In this document: positions 59,813-64,000 of the stretch, in pieces
How positions within the stretch are numbered: the stretch's first letter is position 1
Layout of the letters: each line of letters begins with the position of its first letter
From: Escherichia phage ECO07P2
Strand: one strand, 5' to 3'
Length of the DNA stretch: 64,000 bases
Sequence record: OP172785
Notes under the pieces: generated by a model
Told to the model about the DNA's origin: nothing
Database searches by the model: none
Seen by the model: the letters and a program-made list of their open reading frames with translations, nothing else
Made by a program: the position numbers and the translations under genes

Positions 59813-60052
59813 TTAAGCCTTTTTATCAAGAACATCATTCAGTTTGTTAGTAATTTTATCCAGACGCTCATTGAATTCGCTAGAAGATAAGCCTTTTTCT
59901 GGAGAAATTAAGCTAATCACGAAAAATATAGCAATAAAAGGAATAAGGAAAATAGCTCCAACTGCCATAAACAAAAAGAACGTTACAGTTGTAAGAAAAT
60001 CAGCTAAACCTTTACGAAATTTATACATATTTACCCTTAATTGATTAACCAA
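59813..60052 (-). CDS. hypothetical membrane protein (79 aa)
   Basis: TM segment FLTTVTFFLFMAVGAIFLIPFIAIFFVISLI. Confidence 0.5.
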   Translation of the reverse strand: MVNQLRVNMYKFRKGLADFLTTVTFFLFMAVGAIFLIPFIAIFFVISLISPEKGLSSSEFNERLDKITNKLNDVLDKKA

Positions 60053-60142
60053 GCATTGATAAGTACTAAACTATACTGCGAATAAAATTCTGGACCAAAA
60101 TGAAAAATCATATCATTTATAGTATCAATAATATAATTCAAT

Positions 60143-60613
60143 TTAATCATGTTTCCACACCCCATCGGTATTTGACCAAAGTCGCTGATTATCTGAACCT
60201 CGCCACAGCTTTTTGGTCGGAAGATTTTTCTCATACTTCCCATCAATAATAACATCAACATATTTAAGCATTTCTAGTTGTTTAATATCTTCAAACTTAT
60301 ATCCTGTCCACAACCAAATGCTTTTATTCGGATAAAGATTTTTTACTGTTTGAACAATGCAATGAATAACATCTCGGTTATCAGGATAAAGAGGGTCACC
60401 TCCAGTTATAGTTAATCCTTCTATATAATCATTATTCAAACATTCAATTAATTGTTCCAGTGTTTCACCAGTGAATGGAACGCCATTTCTAGCATTCCAT
60501 GTTGATTTATTATAACAACCTTCGCATTTATGCAAACAACCTGTAACGAAAAGAACGACCCTGCAACCAGGGCCATTCACAAAATCACAGGGATAAAATC
60601 TATCGTAATTCAT
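60143..60613 (-). CDS. nrdG: anaerobic ribonucleotide reductase activating protein NrdG (radical SAM)
   Basis: 156 aa, CxxxCxxC cluster in GCLHKCEGCYN. Confidence 0.9.
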   Translation of the reverse strand: MNYDRFYPCDFVNGPGCRVVLFVTGCLHKCEGCYNKSTWNARNGVPFTGETLEQLIECLNNDYIEGLTITGGDPLYPDNRDVIHCIVQTVKNLYPNKSIWLWTGYKFEDIKQLEMLKYVDVIIDGKYEKNLPTKKLWRGSDNQRLWSNTDGVWKHD

Positions 60614-62427
60614 TGGTGTTTAACCCTATGCATAATTTCTTTATTTTTGCCGAGATTAAATCCGCGTTCATTCGGATTTCCCAAATAACCACAAGTTCTT
60701 CTTATTGTGTTCATCTTTTTAGGATCAGTTTCTCCACAAATAGAACAAACAAATCCGTTTTCAGTAGGAGTCATTTCATGGGTACTTCCACACGTAAAAC
60801 ATTTATCTACTGGCATGTTAACACCAAAATAATCTAAATGTTGTGCAGCATAATCCCATACAGCCTCAAGACCTTTTAGGTTATTTTTCATATCAGGAAG
60901 TTCAACATAAGAAATGTGACCACCTGTCGCAATGAAATGATATGGGGCTTCTCGAGAAATCTTTTCAAACGGAGTGATATTTTCTTCTACTGAAACGTGG
61001 AAACTATTAGTGTACCATCCTTTATCAGTAACATCCTTTACACTTCCATATTTCTCGGTATCAAGTTTACAGAAGCGATAACAAAGGTTTTCAGCAGGTG
61101 TAGAATACAAGCTAAAAGCAAAACCAGTTCTTTCAGTCCACTGCTTAAGACGAGCATTCATTTTAGTTAAAATTTCCTGTCCAATATCACGACCGACAAG
61201 AATATTCAATTCGTGAATACCGATGTATCCTAGGGACACTGAACTTCTACCATTTTTAAATAACTCAATTATGTCATCATCAGGTTTAAGACGAACCCCG
61301 AATGCACCTTCTTGGTAAAGAATAGGAGCAACAGTCGCTTTAACTCCTTTTAAGGAACTAATTCTACACATCAAAGCTTCAAAACACAAATCCATTCGTT
61401 CATTGAACAATTCGGCAAATTTCTGTTCATTGAACTGTGTTCCAATATAAGAATCTAACGCAATACGAGGAAGATTCAGTGTTACAACACCAAGATTATT
61501 ACGTCCATCAAGAATTTCATTACCAGTCGAATCTTTCCATACGCCCAAGAAACTACGACAACCCATTGGAGAAACAGGAATAGATGAACCTGTGATAGCT
61601 TTATTATTCTTAACTGAAATAATATCAGGATACATTCTTTTACTTGCACACTCTAGAGCAAGCAGCTTAATATCATAGTTCGGATCGTCTTTATAAAGAT
61701 TAACACCTTCTTCAACGAACATAACAAGTTTAGGGAAAATAGGAGTTATCCCATCACGACCGAGACCTTTAATACGATTTTTCAGAATTGCTTTCTGAAT
61801 CATTCGTTCAGTCCAGTCAGTTCCCGTGCCAAATGTAATTGTTACAAAAGGCGTTTGTCCGTTTGAACTAAAGAGAGTATTTACTTCATACTCATAAGCT
61901 TGGAATGCATCGTATACGTCTTTTTCTGTTTTAGATTGGGCATAATTCAACGCATCAGTGATTTGCCATTTTTCCGCGTCCTCAATATGTTTTGCGTAGG
62001 TGCGTTTAACATAAGGAGAAAGTACTTTATCTACATTCGCAAAAGTCGTTCCGCCATATTGATGAGAAGCAACCTGCGCAGTAATTTGTGCCATAATTGC
62101 AGTAGCAACACCGATTGATTTAGGAGTTTCAATCTGTGCATTACCGAGCTTAAATCCATTCTCAAGCATTCCTTTTAAATCTACTAAACAGCAATTAGTA
62201 AATGGAAGAGCAGGAGAATAATCAATATCATGGAAATGGATAATTCCGCTTTCATGTGCTTTCATAATAAAAGACGGGACCATATTTTTGGCAATGTGTT
62301 TAGACACAATACCAGCCATAAGGTCCCGTTGAGTTGGAAAAACACGAGAATCTTTATTAGCATTCTCGTTTAAAAGGTCTTTATTAGTTTTATGAATTAA
62401 TCCTTCAATTTCTTTTTCAATTGTCAT
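60610..62427 (-). CDS. nrdD: anaerobic ribonucleoside-triphosphate reductase NrdD, intronless
   Basis: 605 aa continuous ORF, C-terminal glycyl-radical motif RTCGYLG and Zn-ribbon cysteines. Confidence 0.9.
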   Translation of the reverse strand: MTIEKEIEGLIHKTNKDLLNENANKDSRVFPTQRDLMAGIVSKHIAKNMVPSFIMKAHESGIIHFHDIDYSPALPFTNCCLVDLKGMLENGFKLGNAQIETPKSIGVATAIMAQITAQVASHQYGGTTFANVDKVLSPYVKRTYAKHIEDAEKWQITDALNYAQSKTEKDVYDAFQAYEYEVNTLFSSNGQTPFVTITFGTGTDWTERMIQKAILKNRIKGLGRDGITPIFPKLVMFVEEGVNLYKDDPNYDIKLLALECASKRMYPDIISVKNNKAITGSSIPVSPMGCRSFLGVWKDSTGNEILDGRNNLGVVTLNLPRIALDSYIGTQFNEQKFAELFNERMDLCFEALMCRISSLKGVKATVAPILYQEGAFGVRLKPDDDIIELFKNGRSSVSLGYIGIHELNILVGRDIGQEILTKMNARLKQWTERTGFAFSLYSTPAENLCYRFCKLDTEKYGSVKDVTDKGWYTNSFHVSVEENITPFEKISREAPYHFIATGGHISYVELPDMKNNLKGLEAVWDYAAQHLDYFGVNMPVDKCFTCGSTHEMTPTENGFVCSICGETDPKKMNTIRRTCGYLGNPNERGFNLGKNKEIMHRVKHQ

Positions 62428-62897
62428 TTTAAACTCTTTCTAAGCTGCTTCTTAAATGAAGCTATTAATTGTGTTTTAGTGTCAGATTCATTATATTCAA
62501 ATCCTCTTTGAAGCATCTCAGCCATCATTTCCTCTTTTCCTAAACGAGAAAATTCCTTTGATTTATCTCCAACGAAGTTAGGGTGAATATTATTTTGGGT
62601 GTAATCGGATTTTAAATAAGTAAGTAAATTTTCTAGCCATTCAAGATAATCAACACCTTGTCCCTTTAAGCCAGAACGATTGAATTTATGCTTCATTTGA
62701 CCTTCTGCAGCATTACAGAGATTACATAGCAACCCACGTACCTTTCCTGCTTTTGGTCCATTTAATTCATGGTCATGGTCAAGGTGATTAGCTTGAACAT
62801 CAGGATTTAGTTCTCGTTGGCAAATTAAGCATTTACCGTTTTGTGCATTATAAAATTTCTGTTTTTCTTCTTTGTACAATTTGCCAGTCAATAACAT
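62424..62897 (-). CDS. 49: endonuclease VII (Holliday junction resolvase) gp49
   Basis: 157 aa MLLTGKLYKEEKQKFYNAQNGKCLICQRELNPDVQANHLDHDHELNG..., matches remembered T4 endo VII. Confidence 0.9.
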   Translation of the reverse strand: MLLTGKLYKEEKQKFYNAQNGKCLICQRELNPDVQANHLDHDHELNGPKAGKVRGLLCNLCNAAEGQMKHKFNRSGLKGQGVDYLEWLENLLTYLKSDYTQNNIHPNFVGDKSKEFSRLGKEEMMAEMLQRGFEYNESDTKTQLIASFKKQLRKSLK

Positions 62898-62939
62898 AAT
62901 AAAACCCTTACCTTGAATAGATAAGGGTATTTATTATTT

Positions 62940-63425
62940 TCATGTATTGTAAAACATTTGATTCAATCGCTTATATTGCCGAATCTTTTGGTCAGAAAAA
63001 GAAATTTGAGTTTCAAGCCATTCAATATATTCTGCTGCAGCTTGCATCAAATTTCCTTCATAGCCATCGTTATTTTCTTGTGCAGCTAATTTAGCTAATG
63101 CATATGAAATACGTTCACCCTGAAAAGCGGCTTTAGGTTTATGAATAGCTTGATCAACTCGTTCTACAACTTCTTCAATTTCGCCATTTTCTACTGATTC
63201 AGTATTCCACAAGCACCAATACGTAATTGGCTTATCATAGATGTTAATAACCTTTCCATCAGAAAGTTCAATTTCAATAATTCCAGTATCAGGTTCTATA
63301 TCATCTTCACATTCTTCTGCAAGTTCACGAACTTTAAAGACAGTACCTGCACTAAGTTCCGGCCAGTAATTACACAGCCCTTTATCAGCACGATTAATTC
63401 TAAACCACTTATCTACTGTAATCAT
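62940..63425 (-). CDS. pin: Pin-like protein (inhibitor of host Lon protease), 161 aa from MITVDKW
   Basis: Length and position after gene 49 match T4 pin; sequence identity not verified. Confidence 0.55.
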   Translation of the reverse strand: MITVDKWFRINRADKGLCNYWPELSAGTVFKVRELAEECEDDIEPDTGIIEIELSDGKVINIYDKPITYWCLWNTESVENGEIEEVVERVDQAIHKPKAAFQGERISYALAKLAAQENNDGYEGNLMQAAAEYIEWLETQISFSDQKIRQYKRLNQMFYNT

Positions 63426-63548
63426 GTCCCATCTCCATATCAATTATGTCATTTATTGTAGGTTCATTATATACTGTTTCTTCATCAGTGTAAACCGGTT
63501 CTTCCGGCTCTGGCTCTACTGTTTCCCATCTAGCCGCCCACCAAGGTT

Positions 63549-63869
63549 TTATAGCGTAATCCATTCTCGTATTGTCTGAGTTACTACACGTTCACGGGGC
63601 TCGACTAGTTCAACAGTCGGAACTGCATAATACCAGTCAGAATGGTAAGAACCTGAGCGAGATTCATTTACAGACACATGTACGTTATGTTTTGGACTAA
63701 AATAAACGCACTGCCGATATTGGCATTTGCCATCTTGTACCCAATCTTCTATTTCGACAGGTTTAAGATAATCCGAAAAATCGAAATCATAATTTTCTGA
63801 AAATGCATCATGGTCTTCGATGATTTCACTCAGAACTGCATCAACATCTAATTTATTTTCAATAGTCAT
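63549..63869 (-). CDS. hypothetical protein (106 aa)
   Basis: ORF. Confidence 0.5.
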   Translation of the reverse strand: MTIENKLDVDAVLSEIIEDHDAFSENYDFDFSDYLKPVEIEDWVQDGKCQYRQCVYFSPKHNVHVSVNESRSGSYHSDWYYAVPTVELVEPRERVVTQTIREWITL

Positions 63870-63881
63870 TTGTCACCACTT

Positions 63882-64000
63882 AATTTCGCAATTTATTAAG
63901 TTCTTCATAATCAATCCAGGATTCTAATCCTGATGGCAAATCAGATTCAATTTCCCAAAGAAGCTCTTCAATTTTCTGAAGACGATCTAATTCTTCAGCT
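63882..64000 (-). CDS. hypothetical protein, C-terminal part only (gene starts beyond window end)
   Basis: Minus-strand frame open to the window edge, ends ...IDYEELNKLRN at stop 63882-63884. Confidence 0.4.

Noticed and set aside
1-64000. tRNA genes, integrase or IS elements
   Set aside because: No cloverleaf-like conserved segments or recombinase/transposase-like ORFs were seen by eye; not excluded by computation

Overview
This window is a near-complete collinear block of a T4-like (T-even, Tequatrovirus-type) phage genome; all calls rest on reading the six-frame translations and on remembered T4 protein sequences, lengths and gene order, with no database search run. Gene order: rnh (partial) | late tail-fibre operon 34-35-36-37-38 and holin t on the + strand | then a long minus-strand early/middle block: asiA, arn, motA, 52, ac, stp, ndd, denB, rIIB, rIIA, 39, dexA, dda, srd, modA, modB, soc (late), 56, 61, sp, dmd, 41, 40, uvsX, a glycosyltransferase, 42, imm, 43, regA, 62, 44, 45, rpbA, 46, 47, a-gt, 55, nrdG, nrdD, 49, pin. 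Non-coding signals readable directly: late promoters (TATAAATA), many minus-strand early promoters (GTTTAC, about 18 nt, TATAGT/TATAAT, often with a flanking stem-loop), MotA-box middle promoters, and a family of GGGCC-GAAG-GCCC hairpins at gene ends. No tRNA, CRISPR array or classical IS element was seen. I could not pin down one definite novel system. The best candidates are: a perfect MotA-type middle promoter pointing antisense into modA/modB; a pair of genes between 61 and sp that share an identical duplicated C-terminal tail; a DXD-motif glycosyltransferase where T4 has beta-gt; expanded His-box repeats in the gp37 tip; and an opposite-strand small membrane ORF where, as I recall the T4 map, dam should sit. 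The phage also differs from T4 in having an unsplit gene 39 and no homing-endonuclease genes or nrdD intron in this window.
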